Assembly (NCBI RefSeq): GCF_008831285.2
Contig: NC_045138.2
Coordinates: 23,932,001-23,996,000 of the forward strand
Source of the DNA: Nymphaea colorata
Taxonomy: Eukaryota
Direction of reading: 5' to 3'
DNA: 64,000 bases
Part shown: positions 1 to 12,210 of the stretch, in pieces
Numbering within the stretch: the first letter of the stretch is position 1
How the letters are laid out: every line of letters begins with the position of its first letter
Notes under the pieces: generated by a model
The model's database searches: none
Told to the model about the DNA's origin: nothing
Seen by the model: the letters and a program-made list of their open reading frames with translations, nothing else
Position numbers and translations under genes: made by a program

Positions 1-2620
1 TCCTTCTTTCATGACTTATACATGTAAAAAATTGAGTTGTCTGCCGCACTTATTTTGAATCCACCTTCTACTAGTTTTTTTGCTTAGCTTAGAGAACCAT
101 TCCGGAGCCAAGTGCTTCAGTCCATATAAAGACTCTTTCAGTCTGCACACTAGTGGCACTTCAGACCGTGACTGTAATTGTAGACCTTGTGGCAAGTCCA
201 TATAAATTTCTTCATGTAAATCTACATGAAGAAATGCATTCTTCACATTGAGTTGATATAGAGGTCACTGTTTTATTGCAACAACTGAAAATAATGTTCT
301 AATGGAATTCATTTTAGCTACATGGACAAATGTTTCATGATAGTTCACTCCATGCACTTGTGTATAGCCTTTAGCCACTAGCCTCGCATTATACCTTTCT
401 ACTTCTCCTTTGTTGTTGTATTTAATTTTGTAGGTCCAACGACACCCAATTGGTTTCTTCCCTACAGGTAGTGTCACTAATTGCCACGTCTGGTTCTTCT
501 CTAAGGCACGTAGTTCTTCATTCATTGCCCTACACCACTTTTTTTCAGATTTGGCTTCTTCATAGGTTCAGGGTTCTCTTTCTCAATATATCTTGAAGAG
601 ATACACCCTATAACTTTCTGTCAGTTCCTCACTGTGGAAGTAATCAGCTATAGAGTGAGTGGCTAGTTTCTGAGCATAATAAGTGTAAAATTCTTTCAGA
701 TGAACTAGTTGTTTGTTAATTTTCCCTGACCTGCTAGAGTAGACAGGTTGTATATTTTGCTTAGTTGCCATTGTTACATCTTTGGTCTTAAGATTGATTT
801 TCTGCTTCATGCTGATCATTTCTTACCTTTGTTACCTACCTCCCACTGTAGATTAGGTAGTCCTTCCTCTTCATCGATAATGGAGACTGGTCTTGTGATT
901 TGCAACCACTTAATGAAGATGTTTGTGACTTGATATGGATAGTATGGTTGTTCTTCTTTGAATTTGACATCCCTGGAATAATATACTTTTTATGTATTGT
1001 GTTCTAAGCATTTATACCCTTTTTGTCACAAAATAACCCAAAAATAAGCATTTCACAGTTATGCACTCTAGTTTGTTCCTCATGTGTTCTTGCAGGTGCA
1101 CAAAACATCTGCAACCAAACACTCTGAGTTGATTTAATTTGATGGGTTTTTGAGTCACTATTTTTAATGGACATCTGTATTCTAGCCATCTACTAGCTGT
1201 CCTGTTTATTAGGTAGCAGGCACATGCTAAAGCTTCTGGTCAAAATTTGCCAAGAGCATTCATATGGGTCAACATAGACCTTACTACATTTAGTATATGT
1301 ATGTTTTTTTCTCTCACATACCCCACATATTCTATTGTAATATTTCTCTTCCTTTATGGAAGTCATCGAATTATGTGTTTACAAATTCTCTCCCATTGTA
1401 GAACGAAGGACTTTTATTTTCTTGTTAAATTGGCAGTCAACAAGTTGCACAAACAGCTTGAAGAAATGAATTACTTCACTTTTCTTATTTAGAAAGTACA
1501 CCCAAGTATTTTTGGACTTGTCGTCCACAAGGATCAGAAAGTATATGTAACATGTCCATGCCGCTACAGGTGCTGGACCTCACACGTGTCTGAGTGTACA
1601 ATCTCAAAACATGATTCACTTAACTCTCAGAATTAGAAAAAGGTAACCTTAACATCTTTGCTAGAATACATGCTTCACAACTATCTATGTTTATTTTCAA
1701 CTTTGGAAACAAGGCCCTAAGAACCATATCTGACGGATGTCCCACGAGACAGTGCCACAACTTGGCATCTTCTTTAAGAGTAGTTGCACTGAGTGCTGTC
1801 TTTGGGTTGAACTTTATTGTCTAAGCCCTTTATCTTTCATCCCTTCACCAATCATCTTCAGGTTGTTGTGGTCCAGTAAGATCACTATCTTTTTATTAAA
1901 CACGAATAACAGTTTAGTTCACTGGTCAGTTTATTGATTGAAATCAGGCCCATGGTAAATTTTGGAACATATAACACGTTATCTAGTGAATAGTCATCAA
2001 TAATGAACAGCTTTTAATGACCCTTAACAGGTATAGATGAACCATCAACAATTAAAACAGGTAGTTTCTCACAGAAGTAAACATCAGATGATCGACTTAT
2101 ATCTCTAGTCATACGATCTGTAGCTCCACTATCAAGTATCCATTTGTACGAATTTAATTCTGCCAGGAAGGTTTTAGGATTACCTCTTTGAGTGCCTCTT
2201 TCAGTGCCTGGTCCAGCAGTCATTACTATGTTAGGTTTGGCGACTTGTTTCATCTATTTTGTGAGCTCAGCTACACTGTCGTCTCTCTGCTTTGAGAATC
2301 TTGGACCTCTGCCTTTAGATGGATGTCCATGGAGGTTCCAGCACCTCTCCTTCATGTGTCCCACCTTTTTGCAGTAGGTACATTTTAACAGTGGTTGGCC
2401 TTTGATTTTGTCGCCTGCATCCACACTGTTCGATATGTTGCACTCCCTTAGCTCAGACTTGAATGACATTCGTTCTTGAGGAATCGTAGTTTCCTGCTTA
2501 AGATTTTCTCCTTCCTTTGTCACCTTTTGTCGCGTCTCTTCTCTCTGGATAATGGAACATACACTGTTGAACACACGCCTAGGTCAGGATTTAGTTCTCG
2601 ATAATAAGATAGGATTCAGT
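1..2620 (-). mobile_element. Decayed Ty1/Copia LTR retrotransposon internal region (gag-PR-INT-RT), running off the left edge
   Basis: Minus-strand fragments occur in Copia order: zinc knuckle CTYCKKVGHMKERC (2254-2574), protease WILDSGAT (2014-2253), a broken integrase region, then RT motifs LEKNQTWQLV..KKPIGCRW.YKIK..RYNARLVAKGYTQ (265-525) and KNAFLH.DLHEEIYMDLP..VCRLKESLYGLK (16-246). Many stops and frameshifts; no LTR recognised on the right. Confidence 0.93.
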
Positions 2621-2874
2621 TCAAACAAAGTTGTACCCAAGTTCAGATCTAGTTAGAGCGCACGTCTGCATGATGATTGGTAGTGGATGGAAAAACTTAC
2701 CATTAATCTCAAAATCACCACTCATCTCCTTGAATACCTATTCATGTTGGGCAGAGACCACCCATACTCATTTTTTTCAGTTATATTTCTTGCCATGGTT
2801 TTAAAATCTATTTAAAATATTCTATGTGATCATGTTTTGATATGCCAATCCTATAACACTTTTCTTTTCAAAAG

Positions 2875-3431
2875 GATATGTGTGCATCTTAGAACAGACA
2901 TTTATTTCCCTTGACTAGTATCACATGCTTTTGGTACATTGGGCCATTGCTGTTGAATCTAGGATCATAATACCGAATTAGCATCTTGTGACCTCTTTGA
3001 ACATGATCAGTGAAAATCTGCACAGCTAGTATGTTCTTCTCCTCAAATATGGTTATTTAATAGTTTGCCCAAATTTAGTAATGGGTTCTTTTTCCTTTTC
3101 ATATCTAATGCGAAAATTTTAATTTTTTTACACCCTTGGTATTTTAGCTGTTTGGAAATGTTTATCATGCCACAGCAAGTACAGTTTCGGTTGTCAATAT
3201 AGAGAATGCCCAAGTGATCCGTCTGTCTTTTAGTCATTGTGCGGCTACTGCTGAGGCCAGCATGAACGACAATTTTGAAGCGTTTGCACACATCAATGAA
3301 AAAGTTTTGGCACAAACAATTATAAAAAAACTTCGTGGTAATTTTTATGATTGTAAATAATTTGTCAATTTTAATTTTTTTGTGTTTTGAATTAGTGGCT
3401 TATCCATCTCTCTCTCTCTCTCTCTTTTTCT

Positions 3432-3475
<44 letters not shown>

Positions 3476-3885
3476 GCGCACATTTTCCATTAACTTTGCA
3501 ATTTAGGTTAACTAACGGTTTCTCAACTACCAATCATCTAAAGTCATTTTTTAGAGGCACATTGAAAACCCATTTTAGGTCATTCAAACAAAAACCGGGT
3601 TTTTTAAAGTGAAAGCTTGGTTTTCATTATATTATTCAGACACTAAAACCAAGTTTTCAAAACTCATTAAAAAAATGATTTTCACAAACTAGGTTTTGGC
3701 AAAAATCAGTTTTTGAAGAAGTTCATCCAAACACCACCTTATGCTCTTACCGTTATGTTAAAAGCTTTCATCCTTATAAATGCAGGTCATTGATATGGTC
3801 TCTTTAATTATACAGATTGTTCTTAACCTTCTCTAACATGGAATTCGTTATTCTACTTCCTTCATCACTTGTTTATGAATTGATG
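2875..3885 (+). pseudogene. Possible decayed multi-exon gene of unknown identity
   Basis: AG/GT-bounded segments at 2875-3028, 3148-3337 (63 stop-free codons, LFGNVYHATASTVSVVNIENAQVIRLSFSHC...) and 3786-3885. The first two are phase-compatible, and stops in the outer segments could be C>T decay of CGA/CAG/CAA. No family recognised. Confidence 0.3.
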
Positions 3886-4556
3886 GTACAGTCCCATGTC
3901 ATTTGAATGACATTTCTGTTAGATGGCCACGGTTCAAAGAAATGGGTTTATGAACAAACAGAAATTTCAGGTTTGTTTCATAACAAAAGTTGCACAAGTT
4001 GGAAATTTTATTGCAGTGGTGGTTCTTAATTGCATGCAATTCATGGTCCTGCTATGAATAACAGACCTGTGCCCCACATATATAAGTAATACTAGACAGA
4101 TTTAGGGTTGCCAAAGTCTTATATGCAACAATATAAGTAGTCTTAAAATCATAATCACTGGAGTTGCTTTAGTCAACTTTTTACAACCTAAAGGTCACGT
4201 AAATGAAAAACAGAAAATGAAGCAATGGTTATATTCAGTTAATGAATTGAGAATGAACATCTACCATTCCGTTCATTTGCCTCAGTTCCCAACCTAACTC
4301 CTACTAGTATATGATGGATCTTTCGGCTCTCTCTCTAAATTCCCAATCAGCACAGGGATGACACCCATCGCTATCGCCGGTGAATAGCCATGCATCATGT
4401 AACCTAGGAAGAAGAATAAAAAGGAGGAGGACATAGGGAACACTAGACATGGAGAGAGAGAGAGATCCACAACTCAGCATGCAGGGTGGATACCGTTGCT
4501 GAACAACCCTGTATCGACTTAAAAAGAAGAAGAAAAGGAAATAAAGGGTACGCCAA

Positions 4557-4603
<47 letters not shown>

Positions 4604-4638
4604 CAACTTAGTGGTGCTGGGGATGAGCCAGGGAGGAT

Positions 4639-4961
4639 TAGGCCTGTACAGGAGCCGAGTGGAGCTTGAGTTGAGCTAGCTCGAGCTCGAACTCAACTTG
4701 TTTGACTTGTTTATGTATAAAAGCATGTCTCTTTTTTCCAATGAGTTTAACTCGTTAACTTGTTTAGTTGCTACTTTTGTAACTATTTTCTCATTGTAAT
4801 TCAACATTTAGTCGAGTCGAGTCGAGTTCTTACAACTCGAATTCAACTTGTTTAACATTTCAAACATACAATTGAACTCAAGCTTGACTCATTTACAAAT
4901 GAGTCAAGTTTAGACGAGCAAGTTTAAGTCGAGCTCGAATTGGCTTGGCTGTGTAGCCGTG
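4639..4961. mobile_element. Non-autonomous hAT-like MITE (GAGCTCGA/AACTCG-rich family), copy 1
   Basis: Degenerate termini taggcctgtaca...tgtagccgtg with repeated gagtcgag/aactcg motifs. The internal sequence aligns by eye with 10562-10948. Confidence 0.7.
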
Positions 4962-5199
4962 GGGAGGGGAAAGAGTGGTACCTATAGTTGCAGTGGAGAG
5001 GAGGACGAGACATATCCGTGGTTGGGAGGAGGTGAGCGGCCGAAGCTTCTTGTATGCATAGGCCTGTCCAGGAAAGCTTTGGGATTCAACAATGAATTCA
5101 AGATCAGCAGCCAACAAATTGACTTAATCAAGAATGCCCCAATGGTGAAGGTGAAAATGATTGTTTGAGTCCGTATATTCAACATTTAGTCGAGTTTGT

Positions 5200-5440
5200 T
5201 TCATTATTTCATACCACTGTCATTATCTTAGAAGCTGTAAGGCCAGTTTCGTTATCTCATATCCTTGGTGTTATCTCATACATTATAAGATCCACTTCAT
5301 TATCTTATACCCTCGTCATTATCCCTGATGCTATAGAACCCATTTCATTATCTCATACTTTTGTCATTATCTTTGACGTTGTAGGACCCTGTTCATTATT
5401 TTGTATCGATGTTGTTATCTCAAACATTATATGACACGTT
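5200..5440. repeat. Degenerate 48-bp tandem repeat (~5 copies)
   Basis: The motif (ca/tg)ttatc recurs at about 5221, 5269, 5317, 5365 and 5413, which gives the 16-aa periodicity of ORF 5165-5434. Confidence 0.65.
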
Positions 5441-5876
5441 ATTTGGTCCTGCCCCTTTCATTATCTAAGATGCTATAAGACATGTTATTTGATCCTGCTT
5501 GTTTTATTATCTGAGATGCTATATAACGCATGTTAAAAATGTTCATTGTGCCTGTGCAATGTTAGGAGATAGAAGTAAATATGAACATTGTACATTGTCT
5601 GTCACAAAAGCTTAATATTAACAGTTCATATATTGGTAGTAGGGTCCACCTCTCCTATGTTCGCTCCTTGTGTGCACAGGGTGGTGCACAGAACTTGCTC
5701 TCATGAGCAGCTAAACAAGGAGAAAAATGAATGCCCTAATGTTTGTTTTCTTGTGCACGGAGAAATGTTGAACCCCTAAAAAGCAAATATCTGTACTCTC
5801 GCTCTCGAGAGCGCGGATTTTTAATTCTCCATGTATGATGAGCTGTAGATAGCTTTTGAAAACACATGCAAAAGTC

Positions 5877-6617
5877 TATGCCTGGACACCGGGCCGGGCC
5901 GCTGCTGGGTACTCGGCCTGACTTGGGCATGGACCCGGGCCTTGAAAATTTGCTTATCGGGCCTGGCCCGGCCCGGTAACTAACGGTTTGGGCTCGGGCC
6001 CACGATTGTGATCGTCGGGGGCCCGGGAAGCCCAACAATAATTTTTTTTTTTTGAAAATAAACTTATGTTAGGATTTTTCGTTGTTCTTCATTCACGACT
6101 ACTTCACATTGCCTTTGAACTCTCTGCCTCTCGTCCTCGTTTCTTTGTTGTTCTTCCTTTCTTAATCCATCACCTTCCTCACCATCGCTGCTATTTTCTC
6201 CGTGCCCACCATGTTCATATCATCTTGCTGTTGCAACTTTGATCTACCGCAATGGGGAAAGTGAGGAAGGGCAGGTCGGCAGATATGCCCTCGGTGGTGG
6301 AGTTCCGGCCGCAATGGGTGAAGAAGCCGCCAATGGAGGGATGAGAGAGGACATTCATCTGCCCGCACCAGGGCACCACCAGGCCCTTGCCGGCAAAATC
6401 CTACTTTGCCAGCCAGTCCTGCTCGCACACGATCCATAGAAAGGGGCACCCGCTTGCTCGGAGGCCCTTCTCAAGGGGAGAGAGGGACCAGGTGTGGCCC
6501 GACCCAAAAAAGCCCGGCCCAGCCCGTTAATAATCAGGCCAGGCCGGGCCTCGAGCATAAATCAAAGCCCGAGGCCCAATATTGCATGAGCCCGGCCCAG
6601 CGCGATGCCCAGCCCTA
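5877..6617. mobile_element. hAT-like non-autonomous element with GGCCC-rich subterminal repeats, carrying a captured gene fragment
   Basis: Right end gatgcccagcccta (reverse complement tagggctgggcatc) versus degenerate left end tatgcctggacacc. Dense gggcc/ggccc motifs at 5890-6035 and 6495-6600. No clean TSD seen. Confidence 0.7.
6162..6470 (-). pseudogene. Captured UDP-glycosyltransferase (family 1 UGT) C-terminal fragment including the PSPG box
   Basis: Hand translation of a minus frame missing from the ORF track gives KGLRASGCPFLWIVCEQDWLAK*DFAGKGLVVPWCGQMNVLSHPSIGGFFTHCGRNSTTEGISADLPFLTFPIAVDQSCNSKMI*. After a frame change it continues VGTEKIAAMVRKVMD. This matches the PSPG consensus W.xQ..VL.H..IGGF.THCGWNST.E..AG.P...FP...DQ. 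Confidence 0.9.
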
Positions 6618-7752
6618 TACACATTTAATACCGAGCGTTAGTAGGATGGAACAAAAGTTTCACCATCCATGCATATTGACATGGTGTGTGGATACTTGGA
6701 ATTTTTGTTCCTAGAATGTTAATAGCATATTTGAATGAGATGGTAGTAAAATTCCACGACTTTGCTCTTCACTGTTGGCTGACCTAAAGACCCCATCTTT
6801 GCAAACGGTTCTATGAACGATCTCCTACCAATACTTTTTTTTTTTGTGAACAGTACCATTTTTTTTTTCTTTCTCCTTTAGAAAAACTAGTTTAGCAGCT
6901 GGGACCTACGAATTATATGCAATGCTTAACCATTAAATGGCTGGACTTGGGATTTTCTTGAGGCTTGTAAGTGAATTTCCCCTTTTGCAACTGAAGGTGG
7001 TCATTTTTTTCGTCTAGAAGAATGAAACGTGCTTGTATTTAAGACCCACAAAAAGTTGTTTCATAACGGACTAAGAACAAAATTTTGTGAGTTGTTCCTT
7101 GTTATTTTCTCGTGCATTCGTGAAAAGATTTTCATGAAGCAATAGTGCATGTTTTCTATTCGGTGGTAGAAGATGCAGCAAATCGAGGGACGGAACGCAG
7201 AATTATGGGAAGTGAATGCTTAAGCTTTGCTGGTGCAGGTTTGTTGGATGCTGACAGTCTGAGACCAAATGTTCTCGGATGCTTATTGATTTTATTATTA
7301 TTATTATTATGATTAATTATTATTATTATTGAACTCCTCTAACAGACAAAGCTTCGCTCCTCAAAAGTAGCTTTCTTTCCATGTAATATTTATGTTGCAG
7401 AAAAGTGACCAATAAGATGAGAAGCAAGGGTGGAGTAATAATTTTTTTTTTTCATTGAGCATTAAATCATTAAATATATATGGTTAACAAATTTTCAATT
7501 GACTATTGAATAACAATTTGAACCCAAGTTTCTTTGAATCAAGGTTTCATAAAGCAGGCTTCATGGAGACACTCAGATGGAGATCCCACCTACCTTTACC
7601 CTTGATGATGATGAGATGCCGTGGCGTTGAGAAGACTCCCTCTATAAGACAACACAAACTAAACAGATCATATTAATCAGACAACCTACTATGATACTAT
7701 CGTCTACATCTATAGTCACTGACTACGCTTTTAGGCACACACACACACACAT

Positions 7753-7788
<36 letters not shown>

Positions 7789-8209
7789 GGCTAAGGGGAC
7801 ACTGAGTGACCCTCCCTCGTATTTTAAAAAAAATCAAAGTTAATCAAAGTTTTATATTTAAAATTTTTTGTTTAACTTACATAAAAATTTCAAAAAATAT
7901 ATTTTGTCTTCTGTTAAAATTTTGAAACATAGTTCGGGCCCAGCAACTAAAAATTCCTGACCTTGGATGACATAAAGGTGCACTGAAAATGCACTGCAGT
8001 TTGTTGAGGTTTCAGCTCCTGGTAAGGAGGATAGGGTCTGCATCCGATCTGATCCGTATCCAATCAGATATTTATGTATAGTGGATCCAAATCTGATTCC
8101 GATCGAATGCCATTTATTAAATCTGAATCCGATCCGGATATTAATTTTTTTTCCATATCCGATTCTTTCGGATCGGATATCTGCTTCAAATTAGATAAAT
8201 GGACCTCCC

Positions 8210-9043
8210 TAAAGACAAATGATGGCGTGGCATGGCCGTGACGCATGCAGTCCCCTTTCCAACACACCTGGATCCAATTTCCTGTATCATTTTTTAACTA
8301 AATTATTGCAACGCGGAACTCGAAATTAATGGCCTGAAGTTTCCTCTCTGTGTTTGTTCACCATGTAAAGCTGTGCTCGCGGGAAACTTAAATAAAGAAG
8401 AAAAGAAAAAGATCACAGTTCAGTTAAGTGAGAAATCTTTCTAAGTTTGATAAAATTTGGATCGGAAATATTATTAATATGTTGTCAAGTATGGGGAGAG
8501 TAAAAAAGAAAGTACTTTTGAGTAAGTGGATCCCGTCTGATGACGACTGAACCTTCTAAATTGGCGTACCAAAATGTTATACATATATAGATATACTAGA
8601 TGATGGCTGCCCCACTCACCAATATAATTATAGTGCATGTATAACAATTTTTCTTACCTATGCACCAAGGTGGCAGACAAGACAATACAGGCCACGAAGG
8701 TTTAAAAAGGGGTTAGAGGCACCAAATTCATTGTTGGGAATCATGCTTAAAAGATGTATAAGAAAGCACCTAAAAGTGAAAGGAATATATAAAAGATATA
8801 TAGAGCCTTTTTAAATGGAATTATGATGAACATGGCGACGATGCCCCCTGGTTCCCGAGATATAGATAGTGGCAGGAATATGATACGCTGCCATGTTCGT
8901 TTGCTTTTTTATTCGCTAGCAGTACTTAGCAATATTCAATTAGTCTTTATTTGAGATCAATAATGGCGAAACTTGAGTTTAGACACTAAGAACGTGAGCA
9001 TCCCAAGACTGCCTATCAGTAAAATACCTGTTTATATATATAC

Positions 9044-9078
<35 letters not shown>

Positions 9079-9480
9079 TGGATCGAACTTCAGATTCTGT
9101 TCGAAATTTTAACGTGAAAGAAATAGAAAAGCACATCAGAATTTTTATAGGCAGTTCGGTGTCTGTATGACTTAATAGGAAACCCCTAACTCTGTCCGAG
9201 TATTAGTTCGACGTATCAGTATGCATGTGAACTTAATTTTTCTTACGAAATCCGATTTCTTGACATGTTGGATCTCGCTTCTGTTCACTCTCTAAAATAT
9301 TACGGTTCTAATAGACTTAGTTATGTTAGTAAGCGGAGTCTCTTAGAATTGATAGAGAATTTGATGATCAGGTACTTGCCGGATGCACCACGGCCCGTTT
9401 GTTATCATTTTATGAATGAACTGAGTTGGTGAACTAAAATGAAAGGGGATCCACGTTTGGATCCAAATAATATATCACCG
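8210..9480 (+). repeat. Orphan copy of the kinase 3'-flank blocks (A+B)
   Basis: Colinear with 18040-19860 (+), sharing e.g. gtggcagacaagacaatacag and aattcattgttgggaatcatg. Also colinear with 24600-26160 on the minus strand. Confidence 0.85.
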
Positions 9481-10561
9481 TTTGAAACTGCTATCCAAGC
9501 CGATCCACGTTCGGATCCAAATACCCTCTCAGATTCCCATATATATCAGGAAGACGAATAAATAGTAAACTATTGAAATTGGAGGACTTTCGGGGTCATT
9601 TGGCATGCACTAGAGACACTATGTGAATGTTACAGTTCTAGTATTTCATGAATCTGTTTCAATATGTTTCAATCTCTACTACCAAACAACATCCTCATAA
9701 GGGTCGGATATAGATCTAAATTTGATAGGTTCAAGTCAAGAGACAAGGCCATGAGCTAGCTTGAAACATTTGGTAGAGCAAAAAAATTTTGATAGAGGGA
9801 CACTGATTTAAATTAAAAACCTTCAGTCTTTCAAGTACATAATAGAACGATTGAAAATGGACTAATATGAACAAATAATAGAAGGTTGGATGCAATTAAA
9901 TGTGCAAATAAATAAAATATCATGAGGCCGTGTTGGCAACTGCCCACACAAATGTTGCTGCTCCCTGTTCTACTCCTCCCACACCACATTTTGTGCAAAA
10001 GGTGACGATTTTTAGACCTTTTCTTATAAGAAGTGTTCTTACTTGAAAAGAACCTTTTTTAAAAAAAAAAAATTTCTTAAAGAGTATTTTGAATAACTTC
10101 ATGCACGCCAAATCTTCTATATGCAGCAAATATAATATTATAAAAGAATGAATTAGGCGGCGGCATGTTAGAGTACATGCGCACCACCGCTCCTGACTCC
10201 ATCAAGTCAGGTAGAAAAACACCTAAGCACGTTGGGGGCACTCTTCTTTTGAAAAAGAGAATACACATGATTCCCATCTTCCATTCACATGACTTCTTCT
10301 CCACAGATGCTTCCCATTGATTCTTCAAATCATTGAAAGCAAGCAGGAGAAACTCCTTTTCAATTTCACCAATTAAAGTTTAGGGCCTTTCAAGGGTTAG
10401 CATAAAGTTCAATCATCAATTCGATTCTTGTGGGTGTTATTTCTATGTACTTTGAAGATAGTAGTGTAGCAGTTTAGTTGATGGGGTATGTTATGGGTCC
10501 ATCGAAATTTCAAACGAAGCCCTGAACCCTGTGGGTAGAGGGAAGAATGAAGGGTTTTGGC

Positions 10562-10948
10562 TAGGGCTGCACATGAGCTGAATCAAGAACAAGTTGGGCC
10601 AGTTTTAGCTTAACTCGACTAAGAAAGCTCAAGCTCGACTCGATATTACAACGTGGAGTTTGAACTCAACTCGTTTAACTTATTTAACTCGTTTATGTTA
10701 AGCATGTCTTGTTTCTTTTACTTTGTTTAACTCGTTAGTTATAACTCGTTTAACTATTTTCTCATTATAACAACATTCATTATGTAATTGAGTCGAGTTC
10801 TTACAACCCGAACTTGAGTCATTTAACATTTTGAGCGTATGTTTGATCTCGAGCTCGATTCGTTTACAAACGAGTCAAGTTTGAGTTGAGTTTTTGGCCA
10901 ACGAGTTGAAGTCAAGGTCAAGCTGATTCGGCTCGTTCTGTGGCCCTA
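10562..10948. mobile_element. Non-autonomous hAT-like MITE (GAGCTCGA/AACTCG-rich family), copy 2
   Basis: TIRs tagggctgcac...gtggcccta. Flanks gttttggc / gattcggc resemble a decayed 8-bp TSD. Confidence 0.75.
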
Positions 10949-12163
10949 GATTCGGCCATTACTCAGCAGCTTCTGCTCACCCGAAACGCTCATTCATATA
11001 TACATGCTTCTGATCGATGTATACTTTGTAATGAAAAGGAAAACCAGATATTAATTAGTGGAATGCACAAAAAAGGAAAAGTGTTGTGCTTTAGGCCAGT
11101 CTGTTCTTTGTGTAAACAAGAAAAAAAGAAACGTCCCTAAAACTTAGTGTCGTTTAAAGAAAATGCCAATGCAAAATGTCACTTTTCAAGATGAGAACAT
11201 CAACAAAATATCATCTTGTGTTAGAACCGGCGAGGCAAGACACGAGCCCACCGCATTTGGGGCCAGTGCGGTATGCCAATGCAATATGTGCTCCAATTCT
11301 GGGAAAGGGGTTTAGGTCGAAAGTGAGATACGCCAAAAGAAAAGGAGGGATAGTTTGGTAATTATTTAAAAACGAATTTCTTTTTAATTTTTTTTACATT
11401 TTTTGATTTTTTTGGTCCTTATAAAATGTTTTTTTCTATTAATTTGAGGTATTTTCATCATTAATCATATTAGCACACCAAAATTTCATGCACTAGTATG
11501 ACATATATAACCAGTTTTGGTTTAAATCGAGTGATGAAAAATGACCCTTACTATGTTGTATTTATGGGGCCAACCGATGTGCTTCAAAATGAAGGAGGTG
11601 CCTGTGACTGACTGACTTTATCTCAGGAAGCATTTCTTTGAGCTTCATGCTTCTGAATGCAAAGTAGTAACTTTATTACTTGGATTCAGATTCAAAAAAC
11701 AAGCTTAATGGTGCAGTAAGAAACTAGAAAGACTTCTCTATAAACCCAGATCCCACAAGATCTGTTCGCCCAATAGGGTACGCTATGCAAATAATTCAAA
11801 TCCTGCAACAACTTGGTAATGTAATTATTGACCAAATCTAGATCTGCTCACTATAATAAAAATGAGATAGTAAGGCCTTATTTGGCAATGTATGTTTCAT
11901 AAACGCACGCTTGTTATAGTATTTTATGAATCTACTTCAATCTTCGACACAAATTAATGATTGAATTTTAGCAAGCTTAAGATAGTGGTAAAGCCAAATG
12001 GCATCTTCACTGGGTTTTCAAAATGTTTAAACAATTATTTTATTATTTTGGCAAAAAACCCTTAACCACCCTTGAGAGTATAAATGAATATAAAGAGGCT
12101 CCTCCAAAATTGGTAGAGAGCATAAATGGACTCTAAAAACATTTTCAGGCTCCTAACAACTAA

Positions 12164-12210
<47 letters not shown>

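Noticed and set aside
5200..5440. CRISPR-like array
   Set aside because: This is a eukaryotic context with a contiguous degenerate 48-bp tandem, no unique spacers and no cas genes.
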